Of a stretch of DNA of 64,000 nt, positions 11,201-18,864 are shown piece by piece. The notes under the pieces were generated by a model. That model did not search any database and was not told the origin of the DNA. It saw only the letters and a list, made by a program, of their open reading frames with translations. Source of the stretch: an uncultured virus (IMG/VR IMGVR_UViG_3300027126_000148) (taxonomy: Duplodnaviria; Heunggongvirae; Uroviricota; Caudoviricetes); IMG/VR virus record IMGVR_UViG_3300027126_000148; one strand, written 5' to 3'. The position numbers were made by a program, and so were the translations under genes. Position 1 is the first letter of the stretch. Each line of letters opens with the position of its first letter.

Positions 11201-12337
11201 AATCTTACTAGCAAATTGAGTAAAATTAACAGTCGTTTCATTAATTAAAGCAGAGAGGCTCTTATTTAAAGCGTCATTCTTTATAATAGCTTCGTCTGCT
11301 GCTTGAGAAGAAGCTCTTGTAGCTTCTGCAAATGCAGAGTTTTGTTTTGAAACGTCCGCCAAAGCAGCTTTTAATATGTTAATCTGATAAACACCACCAA
11401 CGAGTTCAGCGACTTGAGATTTAACAACTGGATTTAAATTTTGAAAAGACTGAGCTAAGTTTTCAATTACTTTAATAGTTGGTAAAGTGTTTCCAGAAAT
11501 ATCAGTAACAACAACACCAAAATCTCTCAAATCATTAATAACTTGAGGTCTCTCAATTCTTGTAAAAATAGTCTTTAAAGCATTACCAATAACAGCACCA
11601 CCACGGGCAGTAGTTTGTTGAACAGAAGTAACAATACCTAGTAGCTCATCGAAACTAACACCAGCTTCACTGGCAGAAGATCCTACACGTTGCAGAGCTT
11701 CAGAAAGATCTCTAGAGCTTACGGCGAATTTAGCGTCAACTGCCGCAAGTTTATTAACGACATCGGTTGTAGTTAAAGCTTCTTTAGTGAAGGAGTTTAC
11801 AGCAGCAGTAAGAGCTTCTGTGCTAGAAACTACATCAAGGCCAGAAAGGCGAGTTAAGATTAGAGCGTCTCTTGTTCTCTTTAGCGTCTCTTCTAGACCT
11901 AAACCTTGTCTTGAAAACTCTGTTGCAGCGCCAGCAACATCTTTAAATGCAGATCCAGTATTTTTTGCTACGTCAAACAACTGGTCACCAAATTTTTTAA
12001 TTCCAGAAGAAGACGTATTTAATACTACATTGATGTCAGTAAGAGCTTTTTCTACTTCAATTGTAGAAGCTACCAATGCTGTAAAAGACTTTTGAACAGC
12101 AAAAATAACACCAGCAGAAGCGCCGAATGCAACTACACGGGCGTTTGAAGCCTCTAAAGACTTATTAAACTCATTAGCAAGACCAGTAATTTTACCCAGC
12201 GGTTGGGTGAAATTTCTCGTATTTAAGTTAAGAGTGCTTTTGCTTTGGATACGATTTAACGCTGAAAGCACATCTTTTTCAAGCTGCGCTCCGTTAAATG
12301 TCGCATTAATAGGAATTGTACCTGCTGATGTAGCCAT
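2264..12337 (-). CDS. Tail tape measure protein with internal cargo-domain array
   Basis: 3357 aa; N-terminal TP901-type TMP core (AATEFSRQG...GNALKTIFTRI); long helical regions; C-terminal D-x-[VI]-P-A-x-x-x-GGEYV repeats; lies downstream of tail tube and chaperone genes. Confidence 0.92.
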   Translation of the reverse strand: MATSAGTIPINATFNGAQLEKDVLSALNRIQSKSTLNLNTRNFTQPLGKITGLANEFNKSLEASNARVVAFGASAGVIFAVQKSFTALVASTIEVEKALTDINVVLNTSSSGIKKFGDQLFDVAKNTGSAFKDVAGAATEFSRQGLGLEETLKRTRDALILTRLSGLDVVSSTEALTAAVNSFTKEALTTTDVVNKLAAVDAKFAVSSRDLSEALQRVGSSASEAGVSFDELLGIVTSVQQTTARGGAVIGNALKTIFTRIERPQVINDLRDFGVVVTDISGNTLPTIKVIENLAQSFQNLNPVVKSQVAELVGGVYQINILKAALADVSKQNSAFAEATRASSQAADEAIIKNDALNKSLSALINETTVNFTQFASKIGNVSIAPGIRKVLSNIVNPALESFNNKEVEGVGAKIATGLLTGLTDFITGPGLGLGALAIGKLIANFTGFAGDAAKNLLGVGKDQAIIQGEISKILSSNPQLIQQIIAGSKSRLQVEKEIKQILIEQAAISKSIKDNSKDITARFSASGLTVSPQTGLIQGRNSAGGYIPAKQQAAEIVGAMQGGYAPGKVVAAPKSIGGVMNSAETVKYVPGFAQPYILPPQGSSAARNLTSKSMAKNGINPYKARGFVPNFAGTDFTNPYGYGDDQWFRDGGKNPFPVPLSQIKITNAAGDVSGFDGIRFYKKDKNGNEKKFTATDLNAFLKRGATYGQLREYAPDYILKTDPRWKSGAISDVEIIRRDFVPGKKIEGEDIIGEGIKKVYNAYIPPASMLVFDAMQKSSERDINEDDLEEKIGEMSTKRKTSGRIFRIKSYALNASALNEEKTGLIQKTKDFSRKVTRDLANYIRPGEYSDSSVDTFFEAAGKNYNVLAGTIFEASTNLAANYTRDKSNVGGDFDVRGGNIGNVRELFPGFTDQYGDYKLKNNDEAIRSFIDKVTKQYGEEIGNHFKEQEIKAGSVTSGFKTSSLGFIPNFAPKPFNFRFSSLGEKTAQISPKLRDWLADKYFDPEMASPEMLERLASLNRDSGAFFSSLENPNAVAGIPVRGQQGFVSRQNRGARAGAFLNALRTRLPSFVPGSLPALASGFIPNFAYKIYKPTASKTATREITDPSTNSYLRYYPGSHFNPETKSDEKSLNISFIRSYQKGQGQQMFDRFSKMARRLGVKGFSDLIIAQKENLQKIVPQEEYDRLSTMLSKKELEDYSVLEKLSISDVAKIAYPQLSYRQKGLSKNSSLQLQYRDYAGSLQFEKFSSKNILSEIQNKIKSIYGNDKQSFIEDVLHGHIHISDLRDTFSKGHVPNFAYKLTKRKQFEKDKKNNFRTLTDPETGSFLNYYPGSFLNPNTGSYENGLKINYIESSKRGQGQEMFDRYSKTAKRLGVNSYSSTIVPQKDKLKKIVPQKQYDLLREEDREKYYALEKTSIEDIVKIAFPQLSYRQKGLSKSTNLKFSNRNYIGNIDEEEVFGKHILYLVQNKIKDLYKNDKQSLIDALLDGDINIDTLVDTFSKGHVPNFNAVKEAMGREMAAGYSSSQVRLGQSSKLKTSFNPMGLGVYNSTEGSLNNGIGLAEKAGINPKTKGMSAKGHIPNFAETSGFDLFAMTAAFSALIFSVKQAAQSLNELKTTNQNLKKDYTSAAASYAQQIGQIPKDLRKKEKDIADEIQNTFTNVNKKTLKLTGTSVAPLAYGPFTMDPVTRKMTRSTVAASTQQEARLQELRDQLAQERKATAEKLKAARQSLQESKSAVAAVDSPYFGKGMFAQNSKLSGLLKAVGPGAAVGASTLLSVGSQFIPEKNKQAKAYVSGASDIAQYAGTGAVFGPPGVAIGAIVGFGFALKKISDAKAEEAVDKINDSLDKTKEKAAEFSGAAQNYTSSLESLQNALNDPKTRPEALLRFQNNLTDALNSIPEEFKSKVLQAGTDITKVAEAISGVNKELGNTQKNLERQLLISKIIKEESAFIGTKDVSPKNQKLLDDLFSASIDQVAVSKNFTSGKDFGSFIDSLKSELISTKNTYSTGGEDNPIPFGTKIGEEPALNRQSIGGIRARLQEKGVLSEAISQELDKAAKEFDAPALESIFNRLKKTGLAIFENGESLKILGSILEENTKRINANAESLKSLNEQFNDINLQISNQIDIEKNRAKTIREINKIQAEGKVSTQRARVKGALDVFTPFVGEGTKNDIQNQLDINEINVRQNSQIRDATSKLLDSLSDSITKKVEEARGKIVPAIEGATGTDNIQKQRAVFQRQIDLLTPVITQSLKNINGGEDISSTRESLRTSIINNTGTGKAFTTEAADLLIQSLQVSFGEFENRLAEIKAQNDIDLDIQKASREYQKQSLALNQRLSFAGGAQALGSTGKSGVSDLFDSLSELVSEFRQTNAIGSAAQKGSTSFKFLDVLTNQLQLNRATEAPAGFADAQSFNKQVSSDLNPLAATAIAGRVQQIRDSLDLAKNVTEIQTGKSTQGTALGTAFDMAKEGAVKTALDQISSQFKLENMGNYLDVLQQEARALNALTQEQNDLLGNKLPTSINNNFKNVIQTEVGNKLTSLTKSLTEVINKLSVSTQRGSLETDISNLLPSTIDAAQRGKLLKKLEGYKSEDLRENATPPPSPESLKGPIANDTGLTVPELEKYIKSFELVTALTKNAYISPDNNLTGDLSRGPKFRGDLTSEVTLKDVQDAIDMQVKFFKDGKQTLTEERAKSIITLSEQKPVEPVYQTYDQESKKISEEFNTPFAPEQLKSLLEKIAEKRNLDKQPPLMGTPTASPPSPLQSIIDQYGLADAPVVKREVSPQLAQARANVDNLNKALLTRLDDSKELLDLNEKVNSLLKEDVTSTEKRQELINLQVKLRKKSLEQEGKAAEELYKLYYESSYGETFFKDERAAFANAKIENNARQGNVDIGAITEKNTTYNRADFARDTGQLIDTFQTDFKSGIAGAFGEAIKGTKTLKDAFRDMFQGILNRMLDKSLEMGVDALFAFGKAATGLKNGGEIKKYNSGGMVTGGSGMKDDVPAMMSGGEYVIKKSSVNKYGANYLRALNGGLVPKYATGGFSIGPLQNEFLYNDPERPTSGEYAVDSRLSAMALSDENNPQNRIREDRFNKLDQYLQDRDQFERDKKQALKNYRNQVNSTFYSGVTAAAVQLGAAGLTMGAQKLNAKPKFSNIPGAGLEPGGAGFSQDQLNAQYARNGRANGGYIPKFAGGGYTGKDNIPALLMGGEYVMNKKAVDMYGRDFMGQLNSGSLPKYASGGMVGTSYTGQNTPQGSVEELVTALNTLNENLSKDTGITQSESGKISAAGVAQESGMSVVNNISINMTQGGEVTSEANASTQQGKDTNQNNIQNNAKLAELLRSKVVEVLVEQKRPGGLLYGSR
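7811..9070 (-). repeat. Two tandem 630-bp (210-aa) diverged repeats within the TMP
   Basis: PNF motifs at about 9072, 8442 and 7812 are exactly 630 bp apart; both units share TDP-x-T-x-S-x-L-x-YYPGS, GQGQ-x-MFDR, IA-x-PQLSYRQKGLSK and DTFSKGHVPNF. Confidence 0.9.
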
Positions 12338-12356
12338 ATGTCCTTAAACCTAACAA

Positions 12357-12365
12357 TAATTACAC
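12357..12365 (-). promoter_or_regulatory. Putative phage late promoter GTGTAATTA (TMP)
   Basis: Recurrent intergenic motif about 20 nt upstream of the ATG. Confidence 0.65.
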
Positions 12366-13382
12366 TTAAACGCCGTGTAGTTTAATTAAATCTTCAAAAC
12401 TTAATGAGCCACCTTTTTTCTTGGCAGCTTCGTCTAGAGATATGCCACCAGTGTTGTCTTGTTTTAATTTCTTTAGGTCTTCCTTTGTGGCTCCCATTAC
12501 AGATACCGCCTGAACTGCGGTTTCTTTGCCACTAGCCGCATTCTTATCTTCATGTAGCTTCTCAAGGTTACTGCTAGACTCATACCAATCAATAATCTTA
12601 TCTACATCATCGTTATATTCATCAGGATGCTTAATTGTAGACTTACTCATTAGATCTTTAAAGTACCTTGCGTAACCGAATAGCTCAACCTGATAAAACG
12701 TCAGATGCGTAACTGGTCTACCAAAGAAAAAATAAGGGTTATCATCAGATAAATAAAAGTAATTAAGAAAAAATCCGCTAACTCCTATTCTTTTTATATT
12801 ATGGTTATTGAATTTGTGGGCACTCTTTGAATAAGAACCAACAAAGACAAATAATTCTCCTTGATCTAAATCTTCAAATTCTTCCAAGGTGAAAGCATGG
12901 GTTTTACATTCTTCGTCTTTATAAACAGAATAATAAATATAAAACTCATTCATTCTTTTGCCAGAATATATTTCGCAAGTGTTTTCAAGCAATTGATTTT
13001 TCTTTTCTTCAAGGAGGCGAGTTTCTTCGCTTATTTCCTTCATTTGCTTATCTATATTATCAAGATCTCTTGTTAGATAAAGCTTTCTGCGAGTTCTGGC
13101 TAAGTTGGCTAAAGTTAATCTATTTGTCTCTATTTTTTTATCATCTTTTGGATCATAACAGCCTTCTTTTATTAGCTCTTTTATCTTTTCTTCGTTTGTA
13201 GGAATGCCTTGCGATTTTGCTTTATTATAGTAATAGTTTTCGCGCACTTCAATAACGCCAGCATCTTTTGGCGACATATGTTTTACATAATATGTCTTGT
13301 TATTAACAATGAAAGAAGAAGATCCAGTTACAATCTCCCAGTATAGAGATTTTAGATTTTTATTGAATGCTTCTAGATCCAT
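12366..13382 (-). CDS. Probable tail assembly chaperone (pre-TMP)
   Basis: 338 aa, helical and charged, directly upstream of the TMP. Confidence 0.55.
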   Translation of the reverse strand: MDLEAFNKNLKSLYWEIVTGSSSFIVNNKTYYVKHMSPKDAGVIEVRENYYYNKAKSQGIPTNEEKIKELIKEGCYDPKDDKKIETNRLTLANLARTRRKLYLTRDLDNIDKQMKEISEETRLLEEKKNQLLENTCEIYSGKRMNEFYIYYSVYKDEECKTHAFTLEEFEDLDQGELFVFVGSYSKSAHKFNNHNIKRIGVSGFFLNYFYLSDDNPYFFFGRPVTHLTFYQVELFGYARYFKDLMSKSTIKHPDEYNDDVDKIIDWYESSSNLEKLHEDKNAASGKETAVQAVSVMGATKEDLKKLKQDNTGGISLDEAAKKKGGSLSFEDLIKLHGV

Positions 13383-13387
13383 ATACT

Positions 13388-13414
13388 AAAAAGCCCCCGC
13401 TCGCGCAGGGGCTA
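13388..13414 (-). terminator. Intrinsic terminator between the two chaperone genes
   Basis: Minus strand TAGCCCCTGCGCGAGCGGGGGC followed by TTTTT. Confidence 0.7.
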
Positions 13415-13435
13415 GGATTAATTTACGCCAAGAGT

Positions 13436-14176
13436 TTAAAAAATTTGCTGCTCTGTTTTTAGCAAGTCAAAGTCTTCCTTTGTTACTGCTCTTCCAACAT
13501 ACCAGAAACTAATAAAGTAGATAAATGCATTAGCTGCTTTAATTAGGTGAGGGTCTTCTGATTCAAAAATTTCGTCATACTTGTTCATTCGGGCTTCGTA
13601 ATCTCCTTCACCAAAGAATGGTTGTTTCTCCCCGTTTTTCTCATAGTATGACAAAAATAATATCCACCAAGTTATGACCTTATTGCGAGCCCTCGTTTCT
13701 GCGGTATTATCAAACAAGGATTCTTTTTGCATCTCCAATTCGGTCAAAGAATTCTTAATGACTGAAATTTTATCCTGTAGTTCTTGTTTCTTGGTTTGAA
13801 AATAATCTGGACGATCTTTTTCTTCTAGAGCGTCTAATCTTTGAAGCTCATTTTGAGCATCATATAAGTCTTTATAAGCATCTGATTCTGCGTTCTTTGC
13901 TTTATCAGCCAAGATGCCGCCATCATCAACATATCTCTTATTTAGCAGAGTACGAGTAAGAAGCCCAGCCTTAACGCCTTCTGAAAGCTTAACTCCATAA
14001 AACAATTCAGCCTCATCAAATAAAGCTCTTGTCGGCTTTTTAAGGAAATACTTATGAGGAACCTGAGTCGTTACATCTTTAGTAATAGTAACCTTTTGCC
14101 CAGCTTCGTTTGTTGACTCTTCTGTTTCTTTTACAACACCTTCTTTATTGATTGCAAATTCGTATATTGTTTTCAT
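13436..14176 (-). CDS. Probable tail assembly chaperone
   Basis: 246 aa with coiled coil; lies between tail tube and TMP. Confidence 0.55.
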   Translation of the reverse strand: MKTIYEFAINKEGVVKETEESTNEAGQKVTITKDVTTQVPHKYFLKKPTRALFDEAELFYGVKLSEGVKAGLLTRTLLNKRYVDDGGILADKAKNAESDAYKDLYDAQNELQRLDALEEKDRPDYFQTKKQELQDKISVIKNSLTELEMQKESLFDNTAETRARNKVITWWILFLSYYEKNGEKQPFFGEGDYEARMNKYDEIFESEDPHLIKAANAFIYFISFWYVGRAVTKEDFDLLKTEQQIF

Positions 14177-14394
14177 TATAAATCTATATTGTTTAGCTCT
14201 TCTTCGAACTGTCTAATAGCATCATTACCAGAATCAAGGACCTTTTTCCTCAATCTTTGATACTTTTCTTCTGATATATTATATCCATCTTCTTTTAAAT
14301 CTTCAAGTAAGATTAAAAAGTTTTTATATAGATTAATAACTTTACGCCGATTTTGAAAGAGAACAAACTCTTTCATTTTAATGTCCATAGCCAT
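14176..14394 (-). CDS. Hypothetical protein
   Basis: 72 aa; stop overlaps the next start; preceded by the late motif. Confidence 0.7.
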   Translation of the reverse strand: MAMDIKMKEFVLFQNRRKVINLYKNFLILLEDLKEDGYNISEEKYQRLRKKVLDSGNDAIRQFEEELNNIDL

Positions 14395-14425
14395 AACACC
14401 TTTGAAGAACCTTTATCCTTATTTG

Positions 14426-14434
14426 TATTTACAC
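14426..14434 (-). promoter_or_regulatory. Putative late promoter GTGTAAATA
   Basis: Motif immediately downstream of a terminator. Confidence 0.6.
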
Positions 14435-14440
14435 GCAGAA

Positions 14441-14474
14441 AAATAAAAAAGCCCCAGTTTTTGGCTGGGGCTTT
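14441..14474 (-). terminator. Intrinsic terminator after the tail tube gene
   Basis: AAAGCCCCAG-loop-CTGGGGCTTT stem followed by a T-run on the minus strand. Confidence 0.85.
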
Positions 14475-14492
14475 GTGTCGATATTTGTTTAA

Positions 14493-15671
14493 TTAGTTAA
14501 GAGGGAGAGTCTCTAGCATGAACAATCCTCTATCAGTCTGTTGTGGTGAACCAACTTGAGTAGAGAATGTTAGAGTAACTTCTTTGTTAGCTCCGATTGA
14601 AGAAGAGAAGTCTTGAGAATCAAGATTGAGTCTCTTTAGAACGTAGCCAACGCCTTCGTTAGCAAGGTTATTCGTAGTAGTCACAGAAGGGGCGGCGAGT
14701 CTAACTACGGCATTATATAAGCCATCTGTGTTAATTAGATCAACCAAGTTGCCAGTAGTAAGATCTTGAACTAGAGCAGTAACTGTTAAAGTGACAGTGA
14801 CTGGGAAGTCAATTTCTCTAGAATAAGCATATTTGCTTCCAATCTTCTGCAATGGAGTTCTGGTTAGACCCATTGCAATAGAGAAGTTTTGAATAGCGGC
14901 ATCAGTAGTGAGATCTGTACCAGCGTAATCTTGCCCTTGAGTCTTAGTTAGAGAGAAAGAGATGTCTCCATGTCTTAGAGCAGATACTTTTCCTAAATTG
15001 TTTTCGCTATTAGGATTAGTGGCGGCTTGAGGTAGAACGAATGCTCCTCCAGCGATATTTCCAGCAGCAGTTACGCCGGGAGCAGCACCTGAATTTCCAT
15101 TGCTGAAATTCATGTTTAAGCATTCCAAGCTGACAGAAACAGTTGGGAAATCTCCTACGGCAGCATTAATTGAATAATTAGTTAAGAATCCATTTCCTAA
15201 ACCAATTGTACTTCCGGGAGTATTATTAGCGGCACTATCAGTAGAGAAAGCAGAAGCATCGTTACCTTCGCTTACTGTTCTAATGAAGTAATTCTTGGTG
15301 TTAACAAATCCACTAGTGAGAATTCCTGACAAACATGAATTAGCGGCAGCAGTAGCAGTGATGTCTACGATTCCAGTTCCAGTAACATTAATAGAGAAAC
15401 CAAGATTCTTCTCGTTTGCCATATCTGTTAGCAAATAAGTAAAATCAAGACCAACAGTTGGTTGCTCTAGAATAATACGATCAATAGCAGCTAGATTGCC
15501 GAATTGGTTAACGTCCCTTCTTGCAATGTTAAAATTGTAGTTACAAGATTGGACACGGGAAAACTGGTTAACAAATAAAGCACCAGTTTGTGGAGTAGAG
15601 GCTGTTACGTCAACAAGATCATTTGTATTGAATAACGCTTCTGATTGGTAAATTACACGATTTCTTGGCAT
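14493..15671 (-). CDS. Major tail tube protein (probable)
   Basis: 392 aa, beta-rich; has its own promoter motif and terminator; upstream of chaperones and TMP; paralogue of 15729-17399 and 52417-53691. Confidence 0.7.
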   Translation of the reverse strand: MPRNRVIYQSEALFNTNDLVDVTASTPQTGALFVNQFSRVQSCNYNFNIARRDVNQFGNLAAIDRIILEQPTVGLDFTYLLTDMANEKNLGFSINVTGTGIVDITATAAANSCLSGILTSGFVNTKNYFIRTVSEGNDASAFSTDSAANNTPGSTIGLGNGFLTNYSINAAVGDFPTVSVSLECLNMNFSNGNSGAAPGVTAAGNIAGGAFVLPQAATNPNSENNLGKVSALRHGDISFSLTKTQGQDYAGTDLTTDAAIQNFSIAMGLTRTPLQKIGSKYAYSREIDFPVTVTLTVTALVQDLTTGNLVDLINTDGLYNAVVRLAAPSVTTTNNLANEGVGYVLKRLNLDSQDFSSSIGANKEVTLTFSTQVGSPQQTDRGLFMLETLPLN

Positions 15672-15698
15672 ATTTTTAATCCTTTAAATTTCTTTTTA

Positions 15699-15707
15699 TT
15701 ATTACAT
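15699..15707 (-). promoter_or_regulatory. Putative late promoter ATGTAATAA
   Basis: Variant of the recurrent motif upstream of the tail tube gene. Confidence 0.5.
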
Positions 15708-15728
15708 TTTCTTTGCTGTTTTGAGAAA

Positions 15729-17399
15729 TTATATAATTTCTTGTCTTTGCATCCAATAGTCTCCTTGCATAAAGACTCCCTTTGTGGAATCTTGTGGAGA
15801 ACTCATTTGACCTCCAAATGTTAAAGTAGCTGTTTTATTAGCCCCGATTGAAGAGCTAAAGCTTAAAGATTCTAGTTGAGCAGACTTCATGAGATACTTA
15901 ACACCTGTTATTCTACCTAAAGCAGAAAGCTCAGTTCCGGGTTTAATAAATGAAACAGATGTATCAAATTTAATATCTTTATTAGACACAATATCTACTA
16001 AATTACCAGTAGCTAAATCAGAAACTAAAACATCTACTGAAAAAGAGTAGCTAACTGGGAAAGTAATTTCTTTGGCAAAATTAAATGTATTTCCTAATTT
16101 ATTCAATGATTCTCTTGCTAAAGCAATACCGAGGCTAAAACTTTGAGCATTTAATACAGAAGATCTTGTATCAACACCAAAACCTCCAGAAGCATAAAAT
16201 GGAGTTAAGTCAAGAATAATATTTCCGGGTTTAAATGCAGACACAGTTTGAGATACGTCAGTTCTTCCATTAAAATCTGGCAATGAAAAAGTACCATTTA
16301 CTCTTGAACCGTTTTCACCTATAGAAGGCAATGGATATCTTGCTCCTGCCGCTGAAGATTTAAAGTCATTTGCGCCTGTTGATATTGAAAAGTTTCTTGC
16401 TTCGTTAGTTATATTAACTGTTGGGAAGTCTCCAACTGCTGCGTTTACTGTATAATTAGTGATAACGCAGTTTCCAAAGCCTATAATAGCTTGATCTAAA
16501 GTTCCTGTAGTAGCGACTGAAACGTCATTTCCTTGAGCAACAGTCCTAACAAATAAGTTTCTTTCATCACTAGCTTTTGTTAGAATACCACTTAAACAAG
16601 TAACTTCTAAAACAGTTACGCCACCTTCTGGATAGTTATTAGCGAGTGTTGGAGAAAAAGATTTGGCATCAGAACTTCCACCAATTCCAACATTAACAGG
16701 AACATTTATGTAAGAATTTGGTGAAGTGACTTGAGATGAATTTATAAAAATTACTCCTGATCCTTGATTTGTAATAGAAACTCCTGTAGCTTGACCCGCA
16801 TACAATCCTCCAGTAGCAACTCCGAAAGAAAGAACTGGAGGCACATCATCCCCTGCTTGAGGGAGAGTTAACGTAAAGGAATTTAAATACCCTTGACCGC
16901 CATCGGCAATAGAAGCAGAGGCTATCCCGAATATATTGGCTTGTATTCCAGAAGCAACGAGGGTTAAATTTACTGCTGCGCTTCTCTTTAAAGCGGTAAC
17001 CTGAAAACCTAATTCTTCTTCATTCTTAAATCCATTTTGTAGATAATTAAAATCAATACCTACAACTGGCTGATCAACAATTACTCTATCTACAGCAGCT
17101 AAATTACCAAATTGATTAACATCTCTTCTTGCGACATTGAAATTATAATTAATGCTTTGAACGCGATCTAAATTAGCTAAATTTGGCAACAAACCGCTTT
17201 GCATAATTGCAAGAGAAGAATTAGTAGTGCTGCTACCAGAAACTAGAGTGCGAGTAGCAAGAGGATCTAATTGATTTAGCTTTTGGGTAGGAACGTTAGG
17301 AGCATTGTTTCCAGTAACGAACTTATAATGACCCGAAATTGCAGGACTTGGGCCTGCATACAGGGCTTCGCTTTGATAAATTACTCTATTTCTTGGCAT
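15729..17399 (-). CDS. Tail tube-like paralogue with inserted domain
   Basis: 556 aa; same N-terminus MPRNRVIYQSEAL; shares RRDVNQFGNLAA, AAVGDFPTV and FSSSIGANK. Confidence 0.7.
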   Translation of the reverse strand: MPRNRVIYQSEALYAGPSPAISGHYKFVTGNNAPNVPTQKLNQLDPLATRTLVSGSSTTNSSLAIMQSGLLPNLANLDRVQSINYNFNVARRDVNQFGNLAAVDRVIVDQPVVGIDFNYLQNGFKNEEELGFQVTALKRSAAVNLTLVASGIQANIFGIASASIADGGQGYLNSFTLTLPQAGDDVPPVLSFGVATGGLYAGQATGVSITNQGSGVIFINSSQVTSPNSYINVPVNVGIGGSSDAKSFSPTLANNYPEGGVTVLEVTCLSGILTKASDERNLFVRTVAQGNDVSVATTGTLDQAIIGFGNCVITNYTVNAAVGDFPTVNITNEARNFSISTGANDFKSSAAGARYPLPSIGENGSRVNGTFSLPDFNGRTDVSQTVSAFKPGNIILDLTPFYASGGFGVDTRSSVLNAQSFSLGIALARESLNKLGNTFNFAKEITFPVSYSFSVDVLVSDLATGNLVDIVSNKDIKFDTSVSFIKPGTELSALGRITGVKYLMKSAQLESLSFSSSIGANKTATLTFGGQMSSPQDSTKGVFMQGDYWMQRQEII

Positions 17400-17404
17400 A
17401 TTTT

Positions 17405-18253
17405 TTAGGTTTGTCTTGGTTGTCTAAATTTAACTAATTCAAAGTCAATCAACCCATAATAAGAACCGGGATTGATGTTATTCTCTCTATCTCTTACACC
17501 TGCGATCTTTGAGACGGAAACCCTATCAATCATGCAGTAATCTTTTCCAGATGTGATATTGTCATAATTAAAAGCAACACCACTCTTAAAACTTCCTAAT
17601 ACATTAAATGGATTGTATGTTGGGTCAATTAATGGAACGTTGTCATAATTTCGATCTCTAAATAAAGAACACACTGCATCTAAAGTATATTGAGAATCTG
17701 CAATAACTATTGCTCTAAAATCTATTCTCGTTTCGTCTGTACCGCCGAAAGCCCAAGGATCATTGGTGCTGCCATTGTTTTTAATGAAAACTACAGGGTA
17801 TGTAATGGTATTTTCTTTGAGAGAATCTTTTAGAGAAGTGGCGGGAGTTTTATTTCTCCTTACATATTGAGTTTCAAATAACAAAACCTCTTCAGGTTGA
17901 GAAGTTAATAATACATTAAACTCTTTAACAGAATAAGTTCCTGTGACATTTAAGTTTCCTGATGCTAAATAGATCTGACCTTCTGAATAATTGATTCCGC
18001 TAACTGGGTTTTGTCCTAAATTGTAGCTTGCATTGTTAACTGTAACTCCAGTCATTACTGTGGCTCCAGCTATAGATGTGTCATATACTAAACCCTTGTA
18101 AGGACCATTGTAAGCATAGAAGCCATTCACATAAGAAGTATTGGCGGGAAACGAAGTTGTGACATTATAATAAGCCTCGCCTTTAGAAAGTAACGTGTGG
18201 TCAAACCACATTAAAAATGAAGAAGATATCTGATTATCAAATTGCGGTTTCAT
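17405..18253 (-). CDS. Probable tail completion/terminator protein
   Basis: 282 aa; YPVVFI...RAIVIAD segment; directly precedes the tube genes. Confidence 0.45.
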   Translation of the reverse strand: MKPQFDNQISSSFLMWFDHTLLSKGEAYYNVTTSFPANTSYVNGFYAYNGPYKGLVYDTSIAGATVMTGVTVNNASYNLGQNPVSGINYSEGQIYLASGNLNVTGTYSVKEFNVLLTSQPEEVLLFETQYVRRNKTPATSLKDSLKENTITYPVVFIKNNGSTNDPWAFGGTDETRIDFRAIVIADSQYTLDAVCSLFRDRNYDNVPLIDPTYNPFNVLGSFKSGVAFNYDNITSGKDYCMIDRVSVSKIAGVRDRENNINPGSYYGLIDFELVKFRQPRQT

Positions 18254-18864
18254 TGTTTAAGCTTCTCTTTAAGATTTTTTAATATTTCACTTAGGTATTT
18301 AACAGTGGTAAAAGCACCCGCTCTAACCTTATATTCAGACTGAATACCTCCTCCAGATTGACTGGGCTCTGGTGTTTTAAACCTGCCAGATAAATAATAA
18401 CCAAGGCCAGAAATTCCTCTTTCAATTCCCCTAACCCAACTTCTGCCACCTTCCCAAGGTAATGGAGTTTTTTGTTCTATAGACTTAAGAGTTGGAGCTT
18501 CTACATCAAAAGTAAAAAGTATACCATTTGAAACAGTTTTTGATTTAGGTTGCCTGTTTAAATTGATTTCGTCTTCTAGGATGTTTCTAACTTCTTGTGT
18601 TGGGCTTGAATCTTCAGGAAACCCAATAAAGGAAAACAAATTAGCGTCACCTTTAGTTCCGGGCAAAGTGTTTGAGATATTCTTTGCTTGTATTCCTCCG
18701 TTTATTTCTTGAGTAACAGGGTGGTTGTCGAATTCTGCTAGTGCTTGTTTTTTAATTCTTTGAAATTCTCTAGAAGCTCTTTGATAAGCCAAATCTTGAA
18801 TATCTTTATTGAAAAGTAATTTTTTTACTTCTCTATTTAGAATTGTCTTATTTATAGTAGCCAT
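18250..18864 (-). CDS. Probable neck/tail-joining protein
   Basis: 204 aa, basic; position in the head-tail joining block; coupled overlaps with neighbours. Confidence 0.45.
   Translation of the reverse strand: MATINKTILNREVKKLLFNKDIQDLAYQRASREFQRIKKQALAEFDNHPVTQEINGGIQAKNISNTLPGTKGDANLFSFIGFPEDSSPTQEVRNILEDEINLNRQPKSKTVSNGILFTFDVEAPTLKSIEQKTPLPWEGGRSWVRGIERGISGLGYYLSGRFKTPEPSQSGGGIQSEYKVRAGAFTTVKYLSEILKNLKEKLKQ

Noticed and set aside
13383..13445. -1 frameshift fusion or TAG recoding
   Set aside because: An in-frame TAG blocks the fusion. TAG is rare as a stop here, but very long genes are intact under the standard code, so nothing supports reassignment
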